64,000 nucleotides of DNA. Source: an uncultured Candidatus Cloacimonadota bacterium (GTDB taxonomy: Bacteria > Cloacimonadota > Cloacimonadia > JGIOTU-2). The stretch's first letter is position 1. Each line of letters begins with the position of its first letter. The notes beneath the pieces are model-generated. The model ran no database searches. It had not been told where the DNA came from and worked only from the letters and a program-made list of their open reading frames with translations. Below are positions 30,991 through 39,785 of this stretch, in pieces. The stretch is from assembly GCA_964398885.1 (NCBI GenBank), contig CAYNOU010000002.1, forward strand, positions 22,762 to 86,761. Direction: 5' to 3'. The translations under genes were made by a program, and so were the position numbers.

Positions 30991-31671
30991 CTATTTTTCG
31001 GACTCAAGTTCATTGATAAGTTCTTCTGCCTTTTTAAGAAAAAATTCTTTTAATTCTTTAATAGTAACTTTTTTAATCATTCTGGGCAGTTTTTCTATTT
31101 TTCTAATTTCAAATAAAGATTGAGCTAACCAATGCTTTTCAATTCCGATATGCTTCTTTCTGGCATTTTCATAAATCTTATCAAATGATAAATATTCTTT
31201 ATCAATGAAATATATATCTACAAAATCCTTTGCATCATGTCTATCGAAAAGAGCAGAAAATTTATTACAAGCAATATCCAATAAGTTATCTACATAAATA
31301 CTAAACTCGTCGTTCATTTGAATAGGAGCTAAGCGATATGGAGAGTCAACAGCAAAGTCCATTTTCACTATTTCTTTCAGCTTTTCTTTATTTATTGCCC
31401 AACATTCAATAAATGTAGAGTATTCCCGCCGAAATTCAGCTTTTGCCCCAACTTTATCCAAAATATCAGGAAGTTGTGCTTTTGCAACCAGAATTGCCTT
31501 TGAATCGGTTGTAAAAAAATCAAGGTCTTCTGAAAAGCGATGTTTTAAGTAAAAGGCAGATAATGCACTACCGCCTGTGAAAAAGAAAAGTTTTCCAACC
31601 TCACTCTTACCTAATCCTTTAAGTATCTTCTTTTGAAAATTAGTGAGAATTCCCATATTTTTTTCTAACAT
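30991..31671 (-). CDS. Pol-beta superfamily nucleotidyltransferase, AbiEii/DUF1814-like (putative toxin), copy 1.
   Basis: FTGGSALSAFYLKHRFSEDLDFF has the hG[GS] motif and the [DE]h[DE]h motif. It is a paralog of 31914..32579. Confidence 0.55.
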   Translation of the reverse strand: MLEKNMGILTNFQKKILKGLGKSEVGKLFFFTGGSALSAFYLKHRFSEDLDFFTTDSKAILVAKAQLPDILDKVGAKAEFRREYSTFIECWAINKEKLKEIVKMDFAVDSPYRLAPIQMNDEFSIYVDNLLDIACNKFSALFDRHDAKDFVDIYFIDKEYLSFDKIYENARKKHIGIEKHWLAQSLFEIRKIEKLPRMIKKVTIKELKEFFLKKAEELINELESEK

Positions 31672-31921
31672 CTGGTAATGAAAAATACCATTCCCAGAAC
31701 TCTCTATGTGAACAACTAAGATTTAATTCTTTTAAATACTTAAATATATTTTTTGTACCAATTTCCTGTAAATCCTTGTCAGTTCCTCGTTCTAATACTC
31801 TTACGATATACCATTTTAGAAACATTTCCGATTTGAGTTCTTTCTCGGAAAAATCGTAATCCCAGATAAGCTTCTTGTTTATTTTCATTTTTTGCGAAAA
31901 ATTACCAAAATTTTTACTCAT
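31640..31921 (-). CDS. Small (93 aa) partner protein of the nucleotidyltransferase (putative antitoxin/regulator), copy 1.
   Basis: Overlaps the downstream NTase by 32 nt. Shares the IWDYD...W..W pattern with 32572..32856. Confidence 0.4.
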   Translation of the reverse strand: MSKNFGNFSQKMKINKKLIWDYDFSEKELKSEMFLKWYIVRVLERGTDKDLQEIGTKNIFKYLKELNLSCSHREFWEWYFSLPDVRKKYGNSH

Positions 31922-32579
31922 TTATTTCAATCAATTTATCTGCAATATTTTCTATGTCTTGAATCAAGGTACCGAAATCAGGCATTTCTATCCATTTTAT
32001 TATAGAAAAATTCTGTCTCTCTGCTAAGTATAAAATCCGAGCCACATCAAGAGGAAATATTCCAGCAGCTTTACTACCAGCATTTTTTATTGCTTTAGAT
32101 AATGATAGACCCATTTTAGTACAGAATGCCCAAATATCAACAATATCCTTTGGCTCGTTTCTATCAACAAGTGCTGTAACTTTATTAGCCAATATATTCT
32201 CGGGACTATCAATTCTGCCAAGAATCGGATGATTTCTTATAAGTCCGATATGAGATGGCACATCATTTACAAATTCTATCTTCAGTTCAATTTCTTTATC
32301 CACAATTACACATCTGGCAAAACGGTCTTCTCGTAACAAAATATCTAACTTCCATTCTTTGTTTTTTGTTATTGCATTGAAAATTCTATCAACCCACAGA
32401 CTAAATTCAGGTTTATCGTTCACAAAGAAATCAAGGTCATCAGAAAAACGATGATGTAAAAAAACTCTTGATGCAACTGTTCCATCTGTCAGATAAAATT
32501 TTTGATCTATTTTTTGTATAACCGAAAGAAAACTATCTTGCAAAGGATACAGTTTGTTGAAATAAAAATTCTTATCCAT
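31914..32579 (-). CDS. Pol-beta superfamily nucleotidyltransferase, AbiEii/DUF1814-like (putative toxin), copy 2.
   Basis: LTDGTVASRVFLHHRFSDDLDFFV. The downstream part is similar to copy 1 (KDFVDIY / KDIVDIW). Confidence 0.55.
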   Translation of the reverse strand: MDKNFYFNKLYPLQDSFLSVIQKIDQKFYLTDGTVASRVFLHHRFSDDLDFFVNDKPEFSLWVDRIFNAITKNKEWKLDILLREDRFARCVIVDKEIELKIEFVNDVPSHIGLIRNHPILGRIDSPENILANKVTALVDRNEPKDIVDIWAFCTKMGLSLSKAIKNAGSKAAGIFPLDVARILYLAERQNFSIIKWIEMPDFGTLIQDIENIADKLIEINE

Positions 32580-32856
32580 TGAGCTTCTCTGGATGTAGCT
32601 CTGTTAGCCATTTTAGTAAAAAGTCATACCCTCGTCGTCGGCTATTAGACCTAATTCTGTTTCTTACCTGCGGCCATCTCTTTACAAATTCAGGAAAACC
32701 TAATAATTTTATAACATCTTGATAATAAGCATATTCTAATAATCTTTGTGTTGCCCAAAGATAGTCTAAATTACCAATATGCATTTTATGATTTAAAATA
32801 TCAATAAATGTTCTTTCATCTATGTCATAATCCCATATCCAGTAAATACTTTTCAC
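32572..32856 (-). CDS. Small (94 aa) partner protein of the nucleotidyltransferase, copy 2.
   Basis: MKSIYWIWDYDIDERTF... Overlaps the NTase by 8 nt. It is a paralog of 31640..31921. Confidence 0.4.
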   Translation of the reverse strand: MKSIYWIWDYDIDERTFIDILNHKMHIGNLDYLWATQRLLEYAYYQDVIKLLGFPEFVKRWPQVRNRIRSNSRRRGYDFLLKWLTELHPEKLNG

Positions 32857-33109
32857 TAAAGTTCTCCTTAGGCTTACACTTGAATGAATTCTGCAAAAAT
32901 ATGGAAAATTCCCCTAACTTGCCGTTCTCGTGATCCCCGCATCCGCGAGGAGGGAATCCAGTAGAAATACTTGTCCTCACGAAAGTGGGGAAAGGACTGT
33001 GGATTTCCAATAGATTCCCAATCAAGTTGGGAATGACAATGTTGGGAATGACATGCGTATGCCATTTTGCAGATCTCATTTACAATTTAAAACAGTGCAA
33101 AAAAACCTT

Positions 33110-34366
33110 TTAATGAGAGTTGTTAAATACAACTCTTCCCTTTTTGATAAGCATCTCCACACAATTACTTCCAAGATGGTAAGGAAGATATTTATATGAA
33201 GGCATATCCATAATTAAAATATCTGCTTGTTTACCCACTTCAATTGAACCAATTTTATCACCTAATTCTAAGGAATAAGCAGCATTAATCGTAGATGCAG
33301 TAATGGCTTCAGAAGGCAGTAAACCCATTTCTATGCAAGCTAAACTAATTACGGTTTGCATAGAATCACAATGACAGGAGCCAGGATTAAAATCAGTAGC
33401 AAGAGCAATTGGCAATCCAGAGTCAGTCATTTTTCTGGCTGGAGCATATCTTTTCAGCCCTAAACTGAAAGTCGTGGCCGGAAGCAAAATTGGAATTACA
33501 TCTGCTTCTTTCAGCTTTTGAATTCCATTATCTAAAACAGCGACAAGGTGGTCAGCAGTAACTGCACCGATTTCTGCGGCAAGTTCTGCACCTCCGATTG
33601 GCTCTAATTCATCAGCATGCATACGAATCTTAAAGCCTAATTTTTTCGCTTCTGACAGAATTCTTCTGGATTGCTCAACATTAAAAACATGTTTCTCACA
33701 AAAAATATCACAATATTCGGCAAGATTTCGCTTTTTAACTTCCGGTAGCATTTCATCAATTAAAATCCTTATGTATTCTTCTTGATTGTTTTTATATTCT
33801 TCAGGAAATTCGTGTGCACCTAAAAAAGTGGGAATTATGTCCATTTCTGAGATTTTATCTATTTTCTGGATAGCTTCCAGCATTTTTATTTCTGACTCTA
33901 CGGAAAGTCCATATCCGCTTTTTGCTTCTATAGTGGTTGTTCCCATTTCAAGCATTTTAGTTATTCTCTTCAGACCGAGTTCTACCAGTTCTGCTTTTGA
34001 AGCTTTTCTGACATCATTTATACTTGAACGAATGCCACCACCGGATTGGGAAATTTCCTGGTAAGATTTTCCAAGAATGCGTATCTCAAACTCATTTTCA
34101 CGGGTTTTAACAAATATTGGATGAGTATGAGGGTCTACAAAACCAGGCATTACTACTTTTCCTGAAGCATCAATAACATTTTCGGAAATAAAATTTTCTG
34201 TAATTTCTTTTATAGTGCCAACCCCTGCTATTTTTTCACCAAGAACAGCAACAGCCCCATCTTGAATGATACCAAGATTTTGCATTTCAATACCAGTTTT
34301 GGGACTATCTGACTTAAGTGTCAATAGTTGATTTGCATTCTTGATTATTAAATCTGCTTTTTTCAT
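33110..34366 (-). CDS. hutI: Imidazolonepropionase.
   Basis: Amidohydrolase motifs VVMPGFVDPHTHPIF and IRMHADELEPIGGAELAAEIGAVTADHL. The start is placed at ATG 34364-34366 (MKKADLIIKN), because the upstream GTG lies inside the family-B repeat. Confidence 0.8.
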   Translation of the reverse strand: MKKADLIIKNANQLLTLKSDSPKTGIEMQNLGIIQDGAVAVLGEKIAGVGTIKEITENFISENVIDASGKVVMPGFVDPHTHPIFVKTRENEFEIRILGKSYQEISQSGGGIRSSINDVRKASKAELVELGLKRITKMLEMGTTTIEAKSGYGLSVESEIKMLEAIQKIDKISEMDIIPTFLGAHEFPEEYKNNQEEYIRILIDEMLPEVKKRNLAEYCDIFCEKHVFNVEQSRRILSEAKKLGFKIRMHADELEPIGGAELAAEIGAVTADHLVAVLDNGIQKLKEADVIPILLPATTFSLGLKRYAPARKMTDSGLPIALATDFNPGSCHCDSMQTVISLACIEMGLLPSEAITASTINAAYSLELGDKIGSIEVGKQADILIMDMPSYKYLPYHLGSNCVEMLIKKGRVVFNNSH

Positions 34367-34377
34367 ATTAAAAATTC

Positions 34378-34411
34378 TTTGCCACAGAGACACGGAGAAC
34401 ACAGAGATAAT
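34378..34411. repeat. Repeat family B copy upstream of hutI.
   Basis: tttgccacagagacacggagaacacagagataat. Confidence 0.6.
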
Positions 34412-34413
34412 TT

Positions 34414-34890
34414 TTACAACTCTTCAATAATCAAAGCCACAGCATAAACCTTTACACCTTCACCTTTTCCTACAAATCCCAATCCTTCCTCTCTTGTGGC
34501 TTTGATGGAGATTTGGGTTATTTCAATGTCAAGTTTATCAGCAATGTTGTATTTCATTTCTGGAATATAAATCTGTAACTTAGGTTTTTCAAGAACAATT
34601 GTTGAATCAATATTAATTATATGAAATTTTTTGTTAGCCAAAATCTTACCTGTTTCTTGTAATAAAATCAAACTGGATATATCTTTGTATTTTGAATTAG
34701 TATCTGGAAAATAGGAGCCAATATCACCAAGCGATGCTGCACCCAAAAGTGCATCAATAATGGCATGTATTAATGCATCACCATCAGAATGTCCTAAAAG
34801 TCCTTTTTCAAATGGAATTTCAACTCCACCTAAGATAAGTTTTCTATCCTTTGTTAAAGGATGAACATCGTAACCAAATCCTATTTTCAT
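34414..34890 (-). CDS. ispF: 2-C-methyl-D-erythritol 2,4-cyclodiphosphate synthase.
   Basis: [12 protein letters not shown]...[26 protein letters not shown] is the IspF signature. Confidence 0.9.
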   Translation of the reverse strand: MKIGFGYDVHPLTKDRKLILGGVEIPFEKGLLGHSDGDALIHAIIDALLGAASLGDIGSYFPDTNSKYKDISSLILLQETGKILANKKFHIINIDSTIVLEKPKLQIYIPEMKYNIADKLDIEITQISIKATREEGLGFVGKGEGVKVYAVALIIEEL

Positions 34891-35082
34891 TTTTTTATTT
34901 TAATTCGACGTAGAAAAACGCTGAATATGCTGAAAAACGCTGATGAAGACATATCTTTTTTCAATGATAATCAGTGGCTTTAGGCAGAGTTCTTCTGCCC
35001 GCTATTAAACGCAAACCATTGCGAAGGTCTGACGACCATTCGCAAGGTTTTGAAATCAGCGTTATCCTGCGTGCTATTATAT

Positions 35083-37866
35083 CTAATCCACAGTAATTGA
35101 TTTTGAAACATTTTTTGGTACATCGGGATGGACGCCATGTCTGGGCACATGGAGTTTATTAAGATATTTCATCTTTTTTATACTCATTCTCAAAGCTAAA
35201 AGTTGTAATACAACAATGCTTGAGAAAACTGTTAGAAGAGTATCACCGGTTTTTGGAAGTTCAATATAACCCCATTTATAGTCTGGATGTGCAGATGGAA
35301 TTGAACTAATGTTCTGGAGTAAGTCATCATTTTCTTCGGCAATAAGAAAGCTATTGGCACCCCGAATTTTATGTGTATTAATTTGCGAAATTGTTAATCT
35401 AACATCTCGCTCTTCAGGGCCAGTGATATAGATTAAAGGATAGTTTCTATATAGAGATGCAAAGAAATCAAATTCTTTAACTGCCTGTTCAAAGAGTTTC
35501 AAGGAATGAGGTAATAAATTAAAAGGTCTAACCCTATCAAAAATATAATCACCAAGCGCGGTTATCACTTTTGGAATATCTTCCTCAGTTATCACATCAT
35601 CGCTTTGGGTTTCAGAGTAGATAAATTCAATTGCTTTATTATACTTTTTCATCAAAGATTCTATATTCCATATTCCAAAAACTGTATTTTCTCCCAGTAT
35701 TGTATTTGGTCCGTGTTTAAATTCCGCTCCTTCTCTTCCTTCTGTATGATTCAAAACTGTTTCACGGATTTTTAAAGCGCCTTCTTGTGCAACGGGGCTT
35801 AACTTTGTTGCCAAAATATGTATGCTGGGCTCAAGAAAAATTTGTTCGGCGACATTTTCAATCTGAGCCTGGGTTGTATTAATCGTTTCGCTTATAATGT
35901 TTGGAATATAATCAAGTGTCTCAAAACGCTGAGTAATCTGTTGCTCTAATTGCTCTATTTCCTTCTTATCATACGAATTAGCCTTCATATGTTTAAGTCT
36001 AACTTCAGCGGTTCGTATTGCTAAATAATATAAAAGAGTAATTTGATTGATGTAACTTTTTGTTGCAGGCACTGCCATTTCTGGACCACATCTAATAGGC
36101 AGACAGAGTTGTGATTTCTCCTGTCCAAGAGTGGAATTTACATTATTTACAATGGCAATTCTATAAATATCTTTGCCCAATTTTTCTACATCGCTAAAAA
36201 TATCTATTAAATCTTTTGTTTCGCCACTTTGACTTATGCCAATGATTATGTCCTTATCTCGCAATGACTTTGAATATTGGCCGCGGAAATCACCTGGTAT
36301 AATAGGTATTATCTCAACTCCGGCGATTTCGTTAAAAAACAGGGCAGCGGTTTTGCTAGCATGATAGGAAGTACCGCAAGATGCAGCGTAAATATTACAA
36401 TGTTTATCCCAGGTATTAGTTATCATTTCAAGAAAACGATCTATTTTTTTCTGAAAATTTAAAGTTTCACTCTGCTCATCAATGGCGTCCATTATTTTAG
36501 CTAATAAAAGATAGTCTTCAGAAATTTCATTCCCAATTATATCTAAAAAAACAGTTGAATTTTCGGAATAGAATTCATCTTTGGTAAAATCTGGGTCAGT
36601 AAATTTATCAAACAATTCTGGAATCTCTTTCTTGCATTCTCTTTTTATCTCTATAAAGGATTTATCAGAAAGGAAATTTTGGAAAATTTTTGTCGGTTTT
36701 TCAAAGTCAGATGTTTCGGTGATACTTTTGCAAATTGTTTGATAGTTCTTTAACACCTTACTATCTTTTAAAATGCTACAAATTTTTTTGCTGTCTTCAC
36801 TTCCATTCTTTATAAATTGAATAAGCTTCCTACTACTTTCTACCTCAGCGTAAATTTCTTGTTCCATAAAATATTTAAATGGAGGTGAAAGCTTAATATC
36901 TTCAGCTCTTAACTTACTACGCTTCGGTTTAACATTTATCTTCTCACCTTCTTTGTAATGTTTATAAGTTCCATCCGCCAGACCCGATTCTATCCCCGAT
37001 ACATTCCCGATATATCGGGAGAGCTGGCGGATTGTTAAATCTTTTAATGCATATATTTGATATCTGTCGTGAGAAAATTCAATAAACTCATTTTCATATA
37101 TTTTGATTAATACTTTTGTATAATGTAAAATTGCAGTTAAGTCAGAGGATGCAAGAATAAATCTGTTACCTTCATATTCTCCGACACCCATATAAAGACT
37201 GCTTCCAGCCTTAATTGCGTAAACAATTTCTGTAACAGGGTCAACTATTACAGCAGCATAAGAACCTTCTAACTTTTTGTTTGCCTCAATTATTGCCTTT
37301 CGCATAGAATCCTTGCGAATCTGTGGTTCTAAATGTCTTTTATCTGGAAATTTCTCAATATACATATCAAAATATTGCTCAACAGTATGAACCAGTATTT
37401 CTCCATCATTATTACTTATAACATCATGTCCTTCATCAATAAGAAACTGTTTTAATGCGCAGGTATTGGTAATATTTCCATTATGAGCCCCGTAGATATG
37501 CTTTTTGCACTTTACTTCATGAGGTTGAGAATTTTCCTTGTTAACTGAACCGAAAGTTGCCCATCTAACCTGCCCACAGAATATTTTTCCTGATAGTTTT
37601 TCTATTCCCAAAGTTTTAACAAGTTCAGAAGGTGCACCTACATCTTTCCTGACTACAATTTTTCCTTTATCATCCTGAACAATAGCACCAGTTGAGTCAT
37701 AACCACGATATTCAAGACTTTTTAAAAGTTGGGCTGCTATCTTTCCCATTTTAATGGTCTGTTTGGCAAAGACTAAGCCAAGAACTCCACAACCAATTCC
37801 AATAACTGGGATTCTGATTTGAAAATCTTTTAATTTACTTAATATCTTTATTAATAATTTTTTCAT
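35083..37866 (-). CDS. glmS: Glutamine--fructose-6-phosphate aminotransferase (isomerizing), long form with insertions and a 25-aa N-terminal extension.
   Basis: CGVLGLV (Ntn Cys), LEYRGYDSTG, RWATFG and AHNGNITN match the GlmS glutaminase domain. SIS domains (ASCGTSYHAS...). The C-terminal ...KHGP...PKNVSKSITVD matches the GlmS C-terminus. 927 aa versus about 610 aa typical. Confidence 0.65.
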   Translation of the reverse strand: MKKLLIKILSKLKDFQIRIPVIGIGCGVLGLVFAKQTIKMGKIAAQLLKSLEYRGYDSTGAIVQDDKGKIVVRKDVGAPSELVKTLGIEKLSGKIFCGQVRWATFGSVNKENSQPHEVKCKKHIYGAHNGNITNTCALKQFLIDEGHDVISNNDGEILVHTVEQYFDMYIEKFPDKRHLEPQIRKDSMRKAIIEANKKLEGSYAAVIVDPVTEIVYAIKAGSSLYMGVGEYEGNRFILASSDLTAILHYTKVLIKIYENEFIEFSHDRYQIYALKDLTIRQLSRYIGNVSGIESGLADGTYKHYKEGEKINVKPKRSKLRAEDIKLSPPFKYFMEQEIYAEVESSRKLIQFIKNGSEDSKKICSILKDSKVLKNYQTICKSITETSDFEKPTKIFQNFLSDKSFIEIKRECKKEIPELFDKFTDPDFTKDEFYSENSTVFLDIIGNEISEDYLLLAKIMDAIDEQSETLNFQKKIDRFLEMITNTWDKHCNIYAASCGTSYHASKTAALFFNEIAGVEIIPIIPGDFRGQYSKSLRDKDIIIGISQSGETKDLIDIFSDVEKLGKDIYRIAIVNNVNSTLGQEKSQLCLPIRCGPEMAVPATKSYINQITLLYYLAIRTAEVRLKHMKANSYDKKEIEQLEQQITQRFETLDYIPNIISETINTTQAQIENVAEQIFLEPSIHILATKLSPVAQEGALKIRETVLNHTEGREGAEFKHGPNTILGENTVFGIWNIESLMKKYNKAIEFIYSETQSDDVITEEDIPKVITALGDYIFDRVRPFNLLPHSLKLFEQAVKEFDFFASLYRNYPLIYITGPEERDVRLTISQINTHKIRGANSFLIAEENDDLLQNISSIPSAHPDYKWGYIELPKTGDTLLTVFSSIVVLQLLALRMSIKKMKYLNKLHVPRHGVHPDVPKNVSKSITVD

Positions 37867-37904
37867 ATTCCTTAATTTCCATTAAAGCTTGAGTGACTTT
37901 AAAA

Positions 37905-38306
37905 TTAATCCTTTTCTTCAATCATTTTCATCATCGTTTTTTCTGCTTGATTAATAAATCTTTCTGCATTTTTAATTTGATGTTCTGCGTCTTCTTTACT
38001 TATTTCTACAAAATCTCTATAATCCGCATCTTCTCTAATATTTTTGGCTGTTGGCAACAATTTACTCAATTCCTTAGGAAAAAATCCTTCTTTAACAATA
38101 TACCTATTAAACAAGGAAATAACGCCTGAGTGTTTACTTGAATCCAACTCCTTCAATGCGAGTAATGCCTTTGTTGCGGAAAACATTGCATAATAACTTC
38201 TATTTGTAGACAATTTATAATGCCCATGTTGTAAACTATCTTTTGATTCAATAAGAATTTCCTTCGCTCGTTCCATCCTATATTTTGCTAATTCTATTCT
38301 ACTCAT
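37905..38306 (-). CDS. HEPN domain protein (HepT-like toxin of a MNT-HEPN module).
   Basis: 133 aa all-helical with ...NIREDADYRDF... (R-x-x-x-x-Y, HEPN-like). Overlaps the upstream MNT gene by 4 nt. Confidence 0.55.
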   Translation of the reverse strand: MSRIELAKYRMERAKEILIESKDSLQHGHYKLSTNRSYYAMFSATKALLALKELDSSKHSGVISLFNRYIVKEGFFPKELSKLLPTAKNIREDADYRDFVEISKEDAEHQIKNAERFINQAEKTMMKMIEEKD

Positions 38307-38644
38307 AAAGTTACTCCTTCTTTTTCTACTTTTTCAAGGAAAAATGACTTTAACTCCTTATTTTTCTTATATTCAAAAACACTGGATACAACAGGAGATA
38401 TTGGAATATCAGTTTCATAAAAATATTCAGCCGAAATGTCACTTATCTTATCTCTTACACCTTTTTTCCTTTTAACTAAAATAAAGATATCAATATCAGA
38501 ATCTTTGTTAAAGTCACCTCTAACTTTAGAGCCAAAAAGTTTGATAAAAACTATCTCATTCCCTAATTTTTCTCTTAACTCTTTAACAAAAGATGATACT
38601 ACCCTTGCCTCTTTTTTTGTTAAATATTTATATTTTTTTTGCAT
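38303..38644 (-). CDS. Minimal nucleotidyltransferase (MntA-like antitoxin of a MNT-HEPN module).
   Basis: LFGSKVRGDFNKDSDIDIFILV shows the GS...DxD pol-beta NTase motifs. 113 aa. Confidence 0.65.
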   Translation of the reverse strand: MQKKYKYLTKKEARVVSSFVKELREKLGNEIVFIKLFGSKVRGDFNKDSDIDIFILVKRKKGVRDKISDISAEYFYETDIPISPVVSSVFEYKKNKELKSFFLEKVEKEGVTL

Positions 38645-38669
38645 TTCAAAACCATATATTTATTCTTTC

Positions 38670-39362
38670 CTAATTATTCCTTAATATAGCTTCAGCAATT
38701 TTCAAATCAAACTTATCAGTTATCTTAATATTTTGGGGGGAACCCTGCAAAACAAATACATCTTCTCCAAGAATTTCCACTAATTCTGCATCATCATTTA
38801 CTTTGAGTTTTTTGCTTTCCGCATTTTTATGTGCTTTATAAATTAAGTCATAATAGAATGCTTGAGGTGTAAAAATTTCCCATAACTGTTTTCTATCTAA
38901 AGTGGATATGACTCTATTCTGCTTAATTCTCTTAATGGTATTTTTTGCTGGTATGCCGAGTGTAACTGCTCTTTTTTCTTCAGTCAGTTTAACAATTTCC
39001 TGAATTTCTTTAACCTTTACGAGAGGTCTAACCCCATCGTGAATTACAACATAATCAGTTGCTTCGGGGCACATTTTTAATGCATTAAATACGGATTGTT
39101 GTCTTGTTACGCCTCCATCAACAATGATAAATTTCTTTTTAGGAAGATTATATTCAGAAAAGAGTATTTTTTCAGCAAGTTTTCTATCTTCTGAACTGAT
39201 TGTGATAATTACTTTATCAAAAATTTCCGCTTTTAAAAATTTCTCTACTGTATGGACTATAATTGGTTTACCCGCAAGTGGCATAAACTGCTTTTTTATA
39301 GGTGGGTTCATCCTTTCACCTTTTCCTGCGGCTGTAATGATGGCTGATATTTTGTTTTTCAT
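38670..39362 (-). CDS. ispD: 2-C-methyl-D-erythritol 4-phosphate cytidylyltransferase.
   Basis: MKNKISAIITAAGKGERMN...KQF is the IspD N-terminal signature. 230 aa. Confidence 0.85.
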   Translation of the reverse strand: MKNKISAIITAAGKGERMNPPIKKQFMPLAGKPIIVHTVEKFLKAEIFDKVIITISSEDRKLAEKILFSEYNLPKKKFIIVDGGVTRQQSVFNALKMCPEATDYVVIHDGVRPLVKVKEIQEIVKLTEEKRAVTLGIPAKNTIKRIKQNRVISTLDRKQLWEIFTPQAFYYDLIYKAHKNAESKKLKVNDDAELVEILGEDVFVLQGSPQNIKITDKFDLKIAEAILRNN

Positions 39363-39555
39363 CTGAAAATAGCTTTTTTGCCACGAACCACACGAACTAA
39401 TCGGTCTCGGCCAGTCTTGGCTAGGCCAAGCCTAGACAGGCGCCCAGACGGACACGAACAATATTTTGTTCATAAAATTAAATCCGTTTAAAATTGTTTA
39501 CCCTGTGGAATAAAATCAAAGATTTTAATGCAAAGCATTATTCCACAGGGTGAAT

Positions 39556-39616
39556 AATTTTCATAATCCTTTGTGTCCGATTTGTTTTCGGGACATGTAT
39601 GTTTCATATGAAAATA
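39556..39616. repeat. About 60-bp direct repeat, copy 1, containing the hairpin gtccgatttgttttcgggac.
   Basis: aattttcataatcctttgtgtccgatttgttttcgggacatgtatgtttcatatgaaaat. A second copy lies at 39728-39785. Confidence 0.7.
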
Positions 39617-39618
39617 CC

Positions 39619-39683
39619 TTGCCACAGAGACACATCATGCCAGAGGCAGATCCGCCTTAGGCGGAGAGAACACAGAGATAATT
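39619..39683. repeat. Composite repeat: a family-B element (ttgccacagagacac ... agaacacagagataat) interrupted by a family-A palindrome (catgccagaggcagatccgccttaggcggag).
   Basis: Direct comparison with 28992-29020, 34378-34411, 4379-4396 and 9594-9621. Confidence 0.65.
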
Positions 39684-39727
39684 TCTATTTCTTTTTTGAT
39701 TATCCTCTGTTTCAAGCCTCTGTGTAT

Positions 39728-39785
39728 AATTTTCATACTCCTTTGTGTCCCGATTTATCGGGACATGTATGTTTCATATGAAAAT
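39728..39785. repeat. About 60-bp direct repeat, copy 2, containing the hairpin gtcccgatttatcgggac.
   Basis: aattttcatactcctttgtgtcccgatttatcgggacatgtatgtttcatatgaaaat. The hairpin also occurs at 59112-59129. Confidence 0.7.

Noticed and set aside
32825-33079. 84-aa and 63-aa ORFs upstream of the NTase modules.
   Set aside because: They overlap each other in different frames inside a GC-rich repeat island. Long ORFs are expected there by base composition.
39556-39785. The two 60-bp direct repeats as a CRISPR array.
   Set aside because: There are only two copies, with a 110-bp spacer that is itself made of other repeat families. No cas genes are present.
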